DNA of 63,281 nucleotides, filler included, from Hausera hauseri (taxonomy: Eukaryota), in NCBI GenBank assembly GCA_046269625.1. It is 12 parts of 12 records of this genome, joined end to end, with 100 filler letters (N's around TTAATTAATTAA, not from the genome) between each part and the next. Parts side by side here need not be neighbours in the genome. Positions count along the whole stretch, not along the records: positions 20,121 to 25,307 come from JBJURY010313053.1; positions 25,408 to 29,450 come from JBJURY010799090.1; positions 29,551 to 34,131 come from JBJURY010518903.1; positions 34,232 to 38,692 come from JBJURY010569339.1; 8 more parts are not named here. One strand, given 5' to 3'. Numbering within the stretch: the stretch's first letter is position 1; every line of letters begins with the position of its first letter. Positions 24,578-38,792 of this stretch are shown here, in pieces. The notes under the pieces are model-generated. The model made no database searches, was not told the DNA's origin, and saw nothing but the letters and a program-made list of their open reading frames with translations. The translations under genes were made by a program, and so were the position numbers.

Positions 24578-24914
24578 TCAGCTAAAGAACAACAGGGACA
24601 TACATAGTCCCGTTGTGGTGCCATAGTATTGCTCCATTGCACTATGGCAACCACCAACCTTATGCACTTTATTGGTACAGTAACGTGGGTACGTGGGGCA
24701 ATGCACAACCATCATATTCTTTGACCGCGTGAACGGCCCGAGATGATACTTGTGCATCTCATAAAAGTCGACATATGGGCATTGCGTTGAAACACAGCAT
24801 GTTGGACACACATACGTGTCCCTGTCCACTTTGTAATATTTCGCCATCTGTTCATGGCACGGCACGTCTACATATATGAGAGAGACGCAATACATGGGAT
24901 ATTGCTTGCATTTC
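24578..24914 (-). CDS. Small Cys/His-rich Polinton protein, likely spliced
   Basis: 105-aa ORF with CPTC, CPY, HKYH, HCP and C..H motifs. On minus it is preceded by acceptor tttctcatttag near 24915. It lies directly upstream of pPolB. Confidence 0.4.
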
Positions 24915-26877
24915 TAAATGAGAAACAAATTAAAGTAAATGTTAAATGTCATACAAATATATATAAACTTATTTATAATTTAAATTAAAATTTACTTAAG
25001 TTACACTATATACCGTTCCTTCTATGATGGTAATGGTGGTGGTGGTTGTGGTCTCAAGGCTTAACTTACTCAGCTATAAGCATTTACCATTCTCAGCATT
25101 TAATTTGTATAAATTAAATGGAAGAGTATATTGAAAGTGAAAATCAGAGATTGACCGTGACATTTGGCCAGACATGTGTTTGATGTACAGTTTTTATATG
25201 GGCTCACAGAAGCGAGAATAATGAGCAGGCGAGAGTATACTGAAGTGATAGTTAGATCTGTCTTCGTAAAACGTATCGAGGATGGAATGAGACAAAAACA
25301 ACTACAANNNNNNNNNNNNNNNNNNNNNNNNNNNNNNNNNNNNNNNNNNNNTTAATTAATTAANNNNNNNNNNNNNNNNNNNNNNNNNNNNNNNNNNNNN
25401 NNNNNNNTTAGCTCTATTTTATCTTCTTTTTTTGCATGACAAGGCCTCTTTCAGACCGAATTGGCAAGAAAGGCGATAACTGTGAGAATTAATTTTGGTC
25501 TTAATCCACTCTACGCGCCCGTTTGAACAAGAATGTAGTAAAAGTTTAATCGTTTTCCGCATTCATCGCTGTTTTCTCCACTTTTGAAAAACGTATATCT
25601 AGGTTCCACTGTAATTTTAAATGTTTTGTGGGCATAAAGTATAATATGAAAATGTTGTTGAAATGCTCAGTATCATAACGTTTCTGTCATGAGATGAAAA
25701 TATTTCCAACAGACTTTCGAATAAAGTTCATTCCGAGAAATTACTTATTATTTCTTCTAAAATGAAATAAAGCTTGCTTGTCCTGATCCTATACGACGCT
25801 TCATTTCTAGACAGTCGATGTTGTTATTTCGCTTCAGCTTCAAATTAGACTTAACTTCATTACCATAATTTCATTACACGATAAACGCTCAGTCGAACAA
25901 TTCCTTATAACGAATTACTCCAAATAAACATCGTACAGTATAGTATGTCTCAATTTAGCCTTCTTTTCTTTCTTCTGTCCTAAGAAATTTTATAAGGCCA
26001 ATTATAGACGTGAAACGGCAATTTTTTAACTTCCTTCTTCAATTTTAAGTGCGAATTATGAAAACTATACGTTTTCTTGATCAAACCAAACAAAAAGAAA
26101 CCAAATAACCTGCGGCCGAAATTCTTCGCTCGTTTTAGCCAGCCACTTTGTAACGGAACTCATCTTTTCGTCTGAAAAATAAATAAATTTAAATAAAAAT
26201 TAAAATAAACAGTTATTTCTTTTATTAACGCAAGATTTCCGCTTAATTTATTTTCAATTAAATATAGGTAATATTATGTACATATATTTTTATTCCATTC
26301 TTCCGTGACTCACCGTGAGACAGAGTTTCCTCCAAGTTGATTAGTTTCCTGAGAAGTTCTTTAATTAGTTTTTATAAAAATATTTATTTATATTTTCCAT
26401 ATTTTTTAATTAATGATAGTAAGTTTTAATGTACATTAGGAAAATTACATCGACCCAATAAATGCGATATGTGGTTTTCATTATAAGACATTTTAATTAA
26501 AATATTGTGCCTTGAATACTATCCCCGTCGAAGTATTACTTCACTTCATATTCCATTCAAATTGTTATGTAATACATCAAGACACTTCGAAAAAGTTTTC
26601 ATCTATTATTCCCTTCGTTTGCGTGCCATCTCTATTCTGTCGAACTGAAAAATGTTCACCTATTCTGAAATTGCTATTGTGTTATCATTCGACTTCAAAA
26701 AGTTTTCTAAACACCGTAATATCTGAATATTAGATGGAACAAACGAACAAACAGTAAAAGACAAAAGATAAGACGTAACTTGAAAAGTGCGTTAAGTGAT
26801 AAACGACTTATTTTATTATGTAAACATAGTAAAATAGTTAAAATAAATTGAGCATTCAAACTAAATACCTTTCAGAA

Positions 26878-29143
26878 ATGGCCATGTCGAAAGTTAAAGC
26901 ACAAATTACGAGAAGAAAAGTCACGTATTCTATTTTCGGTATCCCGAAATATCTTTGTCAATCCACACTTCCCACTTATGAAGATATAATTCGGTGTGTT
27001 CTTCAAGAAAAGTACAATTTGCTAGTAACTGGAAATAGAAAATCTCCTAGTTTCGAAGAAATCGCCAGCTCTGTAGCTGATAAAGTCATACGATTGTATG
27101 ATACATCCTCAACCCCTGTAATAACGCACTGTACGATGGTGCAAATGCTGAATTCCTACTATGACAAGTATCAACATCTGAAAAAATCGTATAACCGTGA
27201 CATCAAAAAGAAATCTTATCTAGATAAAGTTTCCGAGTTTCCTCGCAAAGCTAGAACACAGCTTTTTGATATCGCGTCCTGCAAGTGCTCCGATTTTAAA
27301 ACTTGCAAGTGCGAGAAATTGAAGCGAATCCCTATTCTCGAGAGGGATTTTTTAATCGACCAGCGAACTACAAGAGAGTGACGAATTGGGTCGGTTGATG
27401 TCATCGAAACGGCTAGAAATGCACTGCAAATTCAAAGACAGAAACGCGATGATCATCGCGCATCGAGCATCGTCGATACAAATATTGTCGATGCACAATA
27501 GCGTGATTTAGTCAACGATGCAGAAGAGCAGGAGGAGAAACTTGAAGAAAATCAAGTGGATGCCTTAATTTCGGAAGAACCTTCTTTGTCCCAAATGCGA
27601 CTACAACTTCAAGCAACGGCTTTGACCAGTGACAGGTTCGGTGTGTCAGATAGAGCCACGGCTGCCATTATTTCAGGTGTTTTAAAGGATGTTGGCTTGA
27701 TCACTGAGAACGACAGTTCCCTCGTCGTAGATAAAAACAAAATCACACGGGAGAAACATAAAATGAGACAGGCAAGCCAGAACGAAGAAATCGATAAAGT
27801 CAGTGGACTATATTCCGACCGGAGGAAAAACAAAACATCAACCAACGTCAAGAAAGGAGACAAATTCTACCGCTCAACGATTGTTGAAGAGCACATTGCG
27901 CTTGTACAAGAACCTGGATCGAAATACATCGTGATTGTGAGTCCTGCTTCTGGGTCGGCTGAAAAGATTTGCGAGAGTATTACTTTTCATTACAATGGGA
28001 CGATCTAACGGATCTGGTAGCGGTGGGTTACGACGGAACCGTCGTCAATACCGGAAACAAATGTGGTCTTATTCGTCGCTTGGAGTTAAAGCTTCATAGA
28101 CCATTGCAATGGCGTATTTGTCTACTACATTTTAACAAACTTCCTCTGTGACACTTATTTGCATACCTTGATGGTCAAACAGCAGATCCTCGTGCTTACA
28201 AGGGGCCAATAGGACAGCAGCTTGTTGAATGCGAAAATCTACCCCTAGTTAATTTTCATAAAGTTGCCTGTGAACTTCCACAGGTGTAATCAATTGAAGA
28301 CCTGGTGACTGACCAAAAGTACCTGCTAGAAATTTCGCAAGCAGTGCAATCCGGCTTCAGTTCAACAGATCTGTCAAGATGCGATCCTGGTAACCTCAAT
28401 CACTCTCGATGGTTGACAATTGCAAATCGCCTTCTTCGACTATACGTTTCAACGGAAACTCCAACTTATCAGCTGCAACTTCTCGTCGACTTCGTACTGA
28501 GAGTGTACGTCACCGGGTGGTTCCCCATTAAGATGGAAAGCTCCGTGAAAAATGGTGCGAGACACGTTTGGCAAATCATCCGCAATTCCAGATATATGAA
28601 CTCCGATCTTTTGAGGATAGTTGACCAAGTTATTGCAAGAAATGCGTTTTTCAGTCATCCGGAGAACATGTTATTGAATACGATAACCGACGATAGATCG
28701 CACTTAAGGGAGCTGGGAATTTGGAGAATTTTGAAAGTCAGACAAGCTGAGGTAGATGGGGTCAGCGAAATCCGTTCACTTGAACTACCAAAACTTTATT
28801 TCAATGCATCCGATTACGTAGAATTGATTGACTGGAATTCCACTGAGGTCACTTCACCTTCCATCATGGCCAATGTTAGCACAGATTTCCTGATAACGCT
28901 TCTTGTAAATCGTGATGAGATAGCTCGGGACTGAGATTTCTGCAGTTATCCCTGTCACACACAGGCGGTTGAACGCTGCGTCAAGCAGGTGACTAGGGCG
29001 GCTGAACAAATCTGTAGCGCTGAATCTCGAGATGGCTTTATTAGGGCCAAACTGAAATCCAGAGAAACTATGCCCGTGTTTGGGCACAAGTCACAGTTCC
29101 ACACTGCATTAAATGACCGTCGTACAATTGTTACAGATGAATG
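26878..29143 (+). mobile_element. hAT-superfamily (hATm-like) transposase, decayed
   Basis: EEHIALVQEPGS, GYDGTVVNTG, RPLQWRICLLHFN, LNHSRWLTIANR, FFSHPENML, PCHTQAVERCVK. Contains stops and frameshifts. Confidence 0.8.
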
Positions 29144-30282
29144 ACCTTTCAAGTAAAATTGATGGAAATTGGAGTTAATTTGTGAATTTTTGACAAACCC
29201 CTGGAGGCCCCAATATATACAATTGAGCTTTGAACGTTGTTTTAAGTATTGTAGCAATGTTAGAAAATAAGTTTCACACACTGAAATGATTGGTACATTC
29301 AAATTAATGCTGTCTAGAAATTAATAGAAAAATGTAAAAATTCTCAATTTCTTTTTCGTTTTTTAGCCAACTTTAGGCCTCTTGCGGAACCTGAAGACAT
29401 TGTTGTAGGGACGCAAAAATTTCTGTCATCCGCGTACCTAATGGCAACTTNNNNNNNNNNNNNNNNNNNNNNNNNNNNNNNNNNNNNNNNNNNNTTAATT
29501 AATTAANNNNNNNNNNNNNNNNNNNNNNNNNNNNNNNNNNNNNNNNNNNNCCATACCGAATAGTTAAATTCCTTACTCCACATCAGGCGGTACTACAATT
29601 TCCGAATAGACTGAAACCCAGGCGAATTGAGTGGTTGAAAAGAGCGACGTCAAACAACAAAACGGCGAGAGAGGGAAGTTAGAAAATATGAGATAATTTG
29701 TTTGAATAATGTCAATTATATATAGAAATATATATTGAAATGGAATCTTCTAGTTCTCTTACTCGAACAAAAAATATTAATTTACTATTTGCTCGTACGT
29801 GTGCCAACGAAATTTACACATAGGAGACAATACACTAGCTGCCGAATATGAACTATTTCCCTTTAAAAACTGCAATTTATTAACGACGTATTAGTTAAAA
29901 TATATTGTCAAATATTTTGATGAAACGTTAATATTTAAGAAATGTTTCATGTGGGGAAAAATTTAAGTAACTACAATATTGATGTGTACGATACTGTATA
30001 TCTGCATAAAATATTGACGCTCAGAAACTCTTTGTAAAAATGAATTTTAAATCAAAATTTTTAAATACAAAGTGATCGAAAAAATCTATAGCCACCGAAT
30101 ATTTACATTACATTTTGCGAATTCTGTGCCAATTTTGCATTCTGATACAAACGAAACCTCATTCCATGTTAAGAAAGCCAATCTATATAAATTATCAATG
30201 ATTTGATATTTCTATATGTACACACATTTAATAATGTCGTGATGCTATTTGTAATTTAAGTCTAATTGTAATACTGAAAAGT

Positions 30283-31065
30283 ATGTTTCGAAAAATTTCA
30301 AGAAAAATTTCATTTTCACGATTTTTTTCTTCCAATAAAACTCATTTTGGATTTGAGGAAGTTCAAATCAATGAAAAACAGAACCTAGGTAAAATTTGTT
30401 GAGTAGCAAAATGTATTTGATAAATAAAATGTAGTAAATAACGTTTTCACAAGTGTTTCATCGAAGTACGACACGATGAATGATGTGATGAGTTTTGGCA
30501 TTCATCGCTTATGGAAAGACCATTTTGTTAGTCGGATGATTCCATTTCGCAGATCAAATTGCTTGGATGTTGCTGGTGGAACAGGTAAATTGAATTCGTT
30601 AGACAATGTCGAAGCTTATTAAAATTAAGGCGATATTGCTTTTCGTATTGTTGAATCGTACTTGGACGAGAAACGAACGCAGTCTATTGACGTCAAAGAT
30701 GAATTTTCAGTAACCGTCTGCGATATCAATGGTGCCATGTTGAAAATTGGACAGAAGAAATCTGATGGAATGGGCTTATCACATTGTTGGTCAGTATGTT
30801 ATATAAATGGATTTCATTTTATTTGCAGATGTCAAATGGATTGAAGGGAATGCTGAACAATTGCCATTTGAAAATAATTCGTTTGATTTATATTCTATTT
30901 CATTTGGCATCAGGAATTGTACGAATGTGCAACAAGTTATTTTGACAATTACGGTTTGTAGATTATTTGTCTGTAGGTAATCAATGAGACATTTCGGGTT
31001 TTGAAACCATACGGTCGATTTATGTGTTTGGAATTTAGTCAAGTTAGAAATCCATTGTTGAAAAT
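30283..31065 (+). CDS. COQ5: Ubiquinone biosynthesis methyltransferase COQ5, exons 1-5 (3' exons not in this contig)
   Basis: Spliced translation: mitochondrial-type leader, [79 protein letters not shown] introns of about 45 nt (30389-30434, 30585-30629 and others). Confidence 0.93.
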
Positions 31066-33050
31066 GTAAGAAAGTGTAACGTTGGTAAATATGTTTGAAA
31101 TGTACTACTACTACTAAAATAAATTGATTATTTCTTTAATTTTTAAATGAGGGTATGGTGCCCACCGTGCTTTGAAGCGCCTTGGTCCATTTCGGCCGGC
31201 TGCGTCGGTTTAACCCCGATTCCAACGTTTACCGGCTTTGTTTTTCCCTCTGGGGAAATCTTGCCGTGGTTGTGACCATCCGATTGTTTTAATTTCATGG
31301 CACAGTTTCAGTTCAAAAACACCAACAAAATCGCGTTGTTAACAAAATTCAAAACAATCAAATCAGAGACAAAAAATTTCCTTTTATGGATCAAAAGAAA
31401 TTAGAATCCCTTTCCAATTCGCCCTATTCAGAACAATTATCGATGCTCAAATTTTCATGCCACAGAACTAGGTAAGTCATAAAAAATATTCGCAGTCAAA
31501 ATTACCAAAAATTCAAAGAAGTACACCAAATGGTAACACTAAAACAGGACATATCCTATCGGACACGATCGGTCGCATCAACAATATTTAATGACATTTG
31601 AAAATTTACGGTTAGTTCATCGTGTAATACAAGGCTATGGAACATTGTTTAATCATTCGCACCTCATCACTGTTCAGAACATTTCGAGATTTCCACACAA
31701 TATTGAAGCTGTTTTTTTTCATTCAAGTTAATTGTATTACAAAAACAAGTGCAGAAAATACTCTTTTATCTCGGTTTAGCAATGAAACTTGATCAAATTT
31801 TAAAAGATTAGTCTACTTCTTATTGTCTGGGACCTTTTATACCGGGGCCTCATGGAATAAGCCAAGGCAGTATGCACCTAGCTGACAAGACTTGCTTTCT
31901 GCACAACTATCTGATTAGACTCACAGGACCTGGTCCAACTGACTTCAGCAATGCAGATTTTCTTGAATCATGACATAAATGTCATCAGTATGTCTGAAAC
32001 ATGTCTGGACAAAACAGAGCTGGATAATGAACAGCGCCGCCATGCAGAGACACAGAAAAACACACATGTGAAGGTACAATGTACAACGAGACATTAAGTA
32101 TTTCCATTTTTTTTAATCTTCCTGTCCATTCGTCCATCATGCAGCACTGCAGCACTTCCTGTTTGAGTCACCGTGGCGATGACCGCATGGCCAATAAAAA
32201 TCAAACAGGAAAATAAAAATGAAAGTAAAATTACCGCCAATGTCGACTCAACAATATTTATAATTCAGTTATTTCTGATTAAAATCTATACAACTTTTCT
32301 TTTTCCTATAAACATTGCGTTTTATTGTTAATTTGATCAAAGAGAATATCTATTGAAAAGCAGACAATAATACATTGAAAAAATGTCACAGTTAACTAGA
32401 ATGTCGCCAATGTCAGCTCAACAAAAGTATATTATGCATTTTAATCATAGTTACCTACATATAATGATGCAGTCCGTAACTTTCTGACAATACAGTATCG
32501 AAACAACGCATTTTATCATTAAAAGTTTACGATCTTCCTTTAGAAGTAATAAAAGGTAAAAGAAAAAGAAATTTAGCCAATTAATTCTGTGCAGATAAAT
32601 GAACAGTTGTAACATGTCCAGAATATCAAAATACAACTAAACCTTTTATCATTATTATTGGTTTTGTTTTCAGCTGGTAAGTGATAAATAAAACAAAACA
32701 AAATGAAATGAAATGACATGCTTATTTCTCTGTTGGTAAATATAACCAAAGTGCTGTATATAAACATATATAACTAGATACGCAAGTGTCAGAATGATAG
32801 AAAATCTTAGAATATTTGAACAGAGTCTGTTAATATGAGTACTTATATAGAATCCCCTTTAGGAAATTTTGCTTGTTTCATATTTAAAACATTTCTCGTT
32901 TTTCGATGGGTAAAACGACAGAACATTAGCAACCTATTATTTTATGTGTTAGAACACGAGAAAATTATATAAAACAAACTAAATTTCGTAATAAGGATTC
33001 TATATAAGTAGAGGAAAAATGGGAGTTCTGGTCCAAAGGCATATACACAG

Positions 33051-34131
33051 TTAACTAGAATGTCGCCAATGTAAATTCAACATAGCATCCTTGGGCAAAG
33101 ATGAGAGTCCCTGCTCATCCATATGTTTGTTATTTATCTTTTCTACCGATTTACTGTATCGGTCTCCTTGAGGCAATCTGTAAATCAGTGCGTCTATTTC
33201 GCATTGTTGACCATTGATCATGGTGAATTGATCCACAACGATTTTCGGAGTCCTCTTGATTTTGATTGATTTTGGAGAGGAAATTTTCTTGAGCCGCTTG
33301 GGAGAAGATGGAGAAAGAGAAGCAAAGGATGTTGAGAGTGTGGGTTCTTTTGGTGGTTTTTGTGAAAGATAATTTTCGCCATGATCAAGATCAGTTGATG
33401 GTGTGGCCATTGTTGTTTTGTTAGTTCTATCATCAGGACAAACGTCGTCATAGTATATATCTACAGTTTGATACGCTTTCAAGTAGGCTTTGGCTAATGG
33501 AAGGGCTCTCATGGAGAAACTTCTTGTTTGCTCCACTTCCATTGCGAAGATACGGGTGTTTTCTGAATTAAGAGATTTGTATTTGTCTATTAAGGGTTTA
33601 TAATACATAAGATCCCTTAGTCCTTGGACAAATAGGAGATCTATCTGGAATAGGTGTTCAATAGCATACGCCAACTGACATCCGATAAGTAATTTCCCTT
33701 TTATTAAACTCAATATGATTTTCCGAGCGTCGTAATAGTCAGTTTGACCTCTTACGTGTATTTCCTGAAGGCCGGTTAAATGGGTTTCGTAATTTTCTAT
33801 CTTTTCACGGGGAGTAATTAACTGATTCATAATCACGGATCCATGTAAGTCTAATATAGCAACTTCTATTGTGGATGCTATTTTCTGGGGTTGGAGAGCA
33901 AATATGGTGGCGATGACTAATTGATTTTCTTCTTTAACTATAGTATTTCGTCTAAATGAGATACCAGTTCTAATGTTTGGGATAGCAGATGTCAAGTCGA
34001 ATGTGGGCTTCGCGGTACTTGTTGGAATATATACATTTTCTTTTTGCATGCCTTCTATAGCTATTAGTGCTCTTTCCGTTTCGAGTCGAATTAAAAGCTT
34101 TCTTTTCTGTCTCAAGGTTGTATAAATACTG
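33051..34131 (-). CDS. LTR-element 3' accessory protein with inactive REX4/ISG20-like DEDDh fold (5' cut by linker)
   Basis: EVAILDLHGSVIMNQLITPREKIENYETHLTGL...LIKGKLLIG...GLRDLMYYKPL closely follows the REX4 pattern. DxE reads ATIF and the GH...ND motif reads GCQLAYA. Confidence 0.75.
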
Positions 34132-34632
34132 NNNNNNNNNNNNNNNNNNNNNNNNNNNNNNNNNNNNNNNNNNNNTTAATTAATTAANNNNNNNNNNNNN
34201 NNNNNNNNNNNNNNNNNNNNNNNNNNNNNNNATCTTTGTGATTCATTCTGTGGAAAGGTTATGATTAGTGTTTTACTTGAGTCAGCCTCCTCTAAGTCAG
34301 AGTTAACAAGCTAGTTGTTAGCTGATGGGCTAACCGCTCTGAAACCAGAGTACGGACTGCTGCCACGTTTAAAACAACTCCAAACTAAAAATAAAAGTGT
34401 AGCTAAAAGCTGGAGTATCAGAAGGTAGCTAAACACTAATATAAGCAGAACACTACCTTAAAGTTAATTAAAAATGTTAGTTAAATGCTAAATGTTTCTT
34501 GATGTATTGATGTATTATTGGAATTCATTCAATGTACTAAAAATGATTGATTTAGTAACAAAATTCGGGTTTCAAATGATTGATACAAATGAAAATGAGA
34601 CAAAGAATGATATGTATAGCACCATATAATCA

Positions 34633-37436
34633 TTAGCCTGGGGTGAAAAAACTAACATCGTACGATAAGCTCATATTTGATGCCATTCGATGTAATTAAT
34701 ACAAAAATGAACAAATTTGTCAAATATTTTAATGTGAAGTGTAGCATTTTAACAAAGTGTTTTAGCATATAAAGTTCTGTCTTTGCCCTTCAAAACACAG
34801 AGTAATCAGCACAAAGGTCAATGACTACGACCATACTTCTCATTCCTTTCCGCTGACATGAAAGTTTTTCTTTGTATCAAACTGTGGTATGACAGCTCTG
34901 GATGAATTTCTTGCTTTTATAAACCCGTCTCTTGTCTCTTCGCTGTGAACTACTCTGAATGCATCCGTAACTACTTTGACGCAACGTTCTATACCTTGAG
35001 TCTTGTTGGAACAATAAGTGGAGTATCAATAATTGCTCTCATTTGTTCATTTGTGAAATGAAACGTTAGAGGAGGCTCCGTTACTGTAACACTCTCCCAG
35101 TCAATAAGTTCATTCCAGCTGCATGCAGAAAAATTGATGGGAGGTACTTTAAATTGCCTGGTTTTCTGTCCTTAACTTTATAATTATATTGACTGCTTTC
35201 TGCCGCTTGTCCCTTTTCAGCTGCTGACATCATAACTAGAAGCACATTTTCAGCATGAGCGAAGTAAGCATTCCTGGCAATATAGGGTCTGATGATTTCT
35301 ACAACCTCTTTGGGTAGTTGTTTGAGGAGCTGCGTTGATAAGAAAACGTGCTTTAGTCAATAACAACATGATGGTTCACATTTTATTGCAAACCAATACG
35401 GCCTGTAATTTGTACCTAGAAAAAGAGCAAACTATTGTAACTGATTGTCCGGCGAAGCCGTTGAAATATAAAGCCTACACACTCTGATGGCCAAAGTTAA
35501 CCGCCTTCTGTGATTTAATGGTCCAGGCTTTTTTTGTGCTAAGTGATCAGAAATATTATCCTGTCTTATAGACTGTATAATCTGGACCGATATTTTTGTT
35601 CCCTACCGAGGTTGGCCATAACTTCTACTGGCAATTCTGGTAACGACTAGTCGTCTACTGTTGACATAAACTGAACCACAGATAAACGTTTACATGACTG
35701 AAGGGATTTGCCCATGGGTCCTGAAAAGGTGGCTTTACCACTCGTTGGTCTATCCAGTTCTTGAAAGAGATGGCGAAGTGGGAGCTTATTTGTGTGCAAG
35801 AGGCATATGAACAATTTTAGTGGTGTCCTATTGTCTTCTCAAGATACTGTATGATACCTCCTCTCAAACCTGCATTTGTGTTTGTACTATCGTATCCAAC
35901 AGCACACAACTTTTTTAACATTTGGAGATCTTCGGTCTTGATATTACACCGTCAGCGACAGTTTGACTTTTGCCTGAACTGGGCACTATATGTGACAAAT
36001 GTCGACTGCCGGGTTCTGTTACAAGCACATAGTGCTCTTCTGTTTCATTGTAGGTGTATCATTTGCCACATTCTTTCTTTCTCTTTAAAGTTTCATCCTT
36101 TCTACCATCAAAATAAACACACCCTATTCTGTTTGTTGCTTCACATTGACAGTTTTTCCTTAGCTTTCTCCTTTTTCTTCTTACATTGCTTTTATCAATG
36201 ATTTGACAGCGATCACCTGTTACTAAACCAAAACGGCTGTCGCTAGAGCTGCTGCTGCACGATTTGACACGCCAAACCTGTCGGCCGCCTTAGCAAGGTT
36301 TGTTAAAGAAAACCTCATCTGTGACGTGGCTTTAGAACATAAACTGCCTGATGAACTTTCAGCATTATTATAATCGTCATTACTATCATCTTCTTTATCA
36401 TCAACAATGTTTTCTTGTTCTTTCTTTTCATCTTTTACTGAGTCAGTATCATCTCTAACTTCATCTTCATCTCTGCTTTCTTTAAATTCACCAGTTTGGT
36501 CATATGCTTTCTTACCCTGTAGTTTCTTTCTATTTCGTTCTCTGACTCTTCTTCGTTTTTCAACACTACGTCGTTCACTCTGTTTTGTCAGTTTTGTCGT
36601 AGCTTTTTATAAATGCCTCCAATGTACATTAGACGAGCAGTACGCTGGTCGTGCAAGAATTTTAGCTCTTTCATTGGAACTTTGATTTCTCTGGAGCAGT
36701 TACAGTTCCGAATAATTTCGGTAGAACTGGCATCAACGCTCAATTTGCACATGCATGAGCAAATATCAAATAGTTCAGGAAAACTGCTACAAAGTTCTTT
36801 CTTTTGATTTGTACTAGACTTGAATCAGATCAGGTGAGAACCAGTGTCTAATAATTTACAAATGTGCTTTACAACAGTTTGTCGTTGAACAGTTGGAATG
36901 GATGCTGTCCGCCACATAGTAAAAATATCATATGTTATCTTTTGAATAAATGTGACATTATCAGACTTACCTTTTCCCTTTAAATTCAGATAGTATTTAA
37001 CGATGTGGCCTTGTGTTGGAAGAACATTTGTTGGTAGATATGCTGGAGATCCAAATACGGCATGGCTTTGCAATATCCTAGTGCAAAAAATTGCCTCTGA
37101 GCTGCAAGTACCACTGCCGTAAGACGCCATGATAATTGATTTTTGGGATATAATAAATCGTATTATATTGATAGAAGTCAATAACTAGTATGCAGTTCGA
37201 AAGTAAACAAAAAAGGTAAAAAGTAAACAAAACATCAACTAGTAACAGCAATTGTTCTAGTTTGATCAAAATTTTAAAAATTCAAAAAAGTCAAAAATTT
37301 CAAAGTTAAAAATGCTACACTTCCCATCAAGCTAGGGTAACAAAGTTTGACACCCTTATCACTCATATTGAGTGCCCTCTAAATCCAGCGTATTGAACAG
37401 ATTGAATGAAAAAAGTACAGTTTCACCCTGGCAAAT
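34633..37436 (-). mobile_element. hATm-like DNA transposon, decayed transposase about 37131-34850, imperfect TIRs
   Basis: GYDSTNTNAG, CLLHTNKLPLRHLF, YFAHAENVL, TQGIERCVK. Ends ttagcctggggtgaaaaaact (34633) and agtttcaccctggcaaa (about 37419-37435) are imperfect inverted repeats. Confidence 0.75.
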
Positions 37437-37474
37437 GTGCATGAATATTTTCACGGTTGGATATTGGGCACTAA

Positions 37475-38589
37475 CATGTGTCCCCTAAAAAAGTTTACAA
37501 CAAAAGAAAGTGTCCCAATTCTTTAATTAACAAAGATGTAGTAACTGAACTTCTGACAAAAATTAAACAACACTCCATGTAAATAAAATAACAATCAAAT
37601 TATAGAGTTCAAGCCGTTTTCAGCACAACAGACAATCTTTTCCTTGAAGTGGAAGAATAGATTTTTTAAGTAAATTGGCGGAAAGTTTTTTGCTTTTGAT
37701 TCTTCATGCAAGTTGCGTCTCATTTTCGGCGGTCCAGCCATTTTCGTACACCTTCAACTTAAGATGGGCCCAGAAGCGCTCAATTGGGCGGATCTGTGAT
37801 GCACAATGTGGATTTTTCTGGCATTTGAATGGCATTTTCTTACTTTCCATCCACTACAATGTGGCACAGGCATAGTGACATGAGACTAGGTCAGGCCAAA
37901 AGTTGTAATGTCCTCTGGGACAAACAGTGAAGAGAAACGGTAATAAATGCTTTTTTAAGCATTCATTGACGTAAAATGTAGAATTGAAAGCACGTGAATT
38001 GGACTTGCGAATCAACAAAGAAGAAATTCCACGCTTTGAAACGGCTACCAAAACTAAGATTTTGGAGCAAAATTTCTGGCGGTATTTCAAGCGTAGCTCA
38101 TCAGGAACGTTGTTTTTATCTGCTGCTGAGATTTAAAAGCCTCCTTTCTGAGATCCAATTAGAGTAAAATAGGATTCATCATCTAACACAAAGTCGGTCA
38201 TTGAGTGCTCAACGATAAAATCCTTCAGAACTTGAATGCTCTCAATTTGACGAATGCGTTGGTCAGGTGTCACTTTTGGAGCCTCTTTACGATTTCTATA
38301 GATGATTTTCTCTTTCTGAAGTATTCGCGACATGTGTCTTGGAAATATTAAATTTCCTTCCAAGCTTTCGAAGGTTCTGGCCTATCTTTCCAATGGCAGC
38401 AGAAACAAGGCGTTTACAACAGCTTTCAGGCATTTTAGAAAATTTTCTACCACTTCCAGGCTTTTTCATTACTGTTCCCTTCTCTTCATAACGTTTGAGA
38501 ACTTTGTAAACACCTTGTCGTGTCATTTCAATGCCAGCGAACTTCACAGTGTCTGCTTTTGAATGGTTCAAATTATAGGAAATGATCAT
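37475..38589 (-). mobile_element. Tc1/mariner (DD37E/ITm-like) transposon, decayed
   Basis: HTH with KPGSGRK, FVLDDESYF, FWPDLVSCHY, NP..SQIRPIERFWAHLK. Confidence 0.85.
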
Positions 38590-38792
38590 TCCTCCCCAAC
38601 CTTCCCACCCTGACTTCTACAATCGGTAGATAATAAAGACTCGTGGAAACCAAACTCAACTAACAAGGGACATTCACGAACTTATGCACACCNNNNNNNN
38701 NNNNNNNNNNNNNNNNNNNNNNNNNNNNNNNNNNNNTTAATTAATTAANNNNNNNNNNNNNNNNNNNNNNNNNNNNNNNNNNNNNNNNNNNN

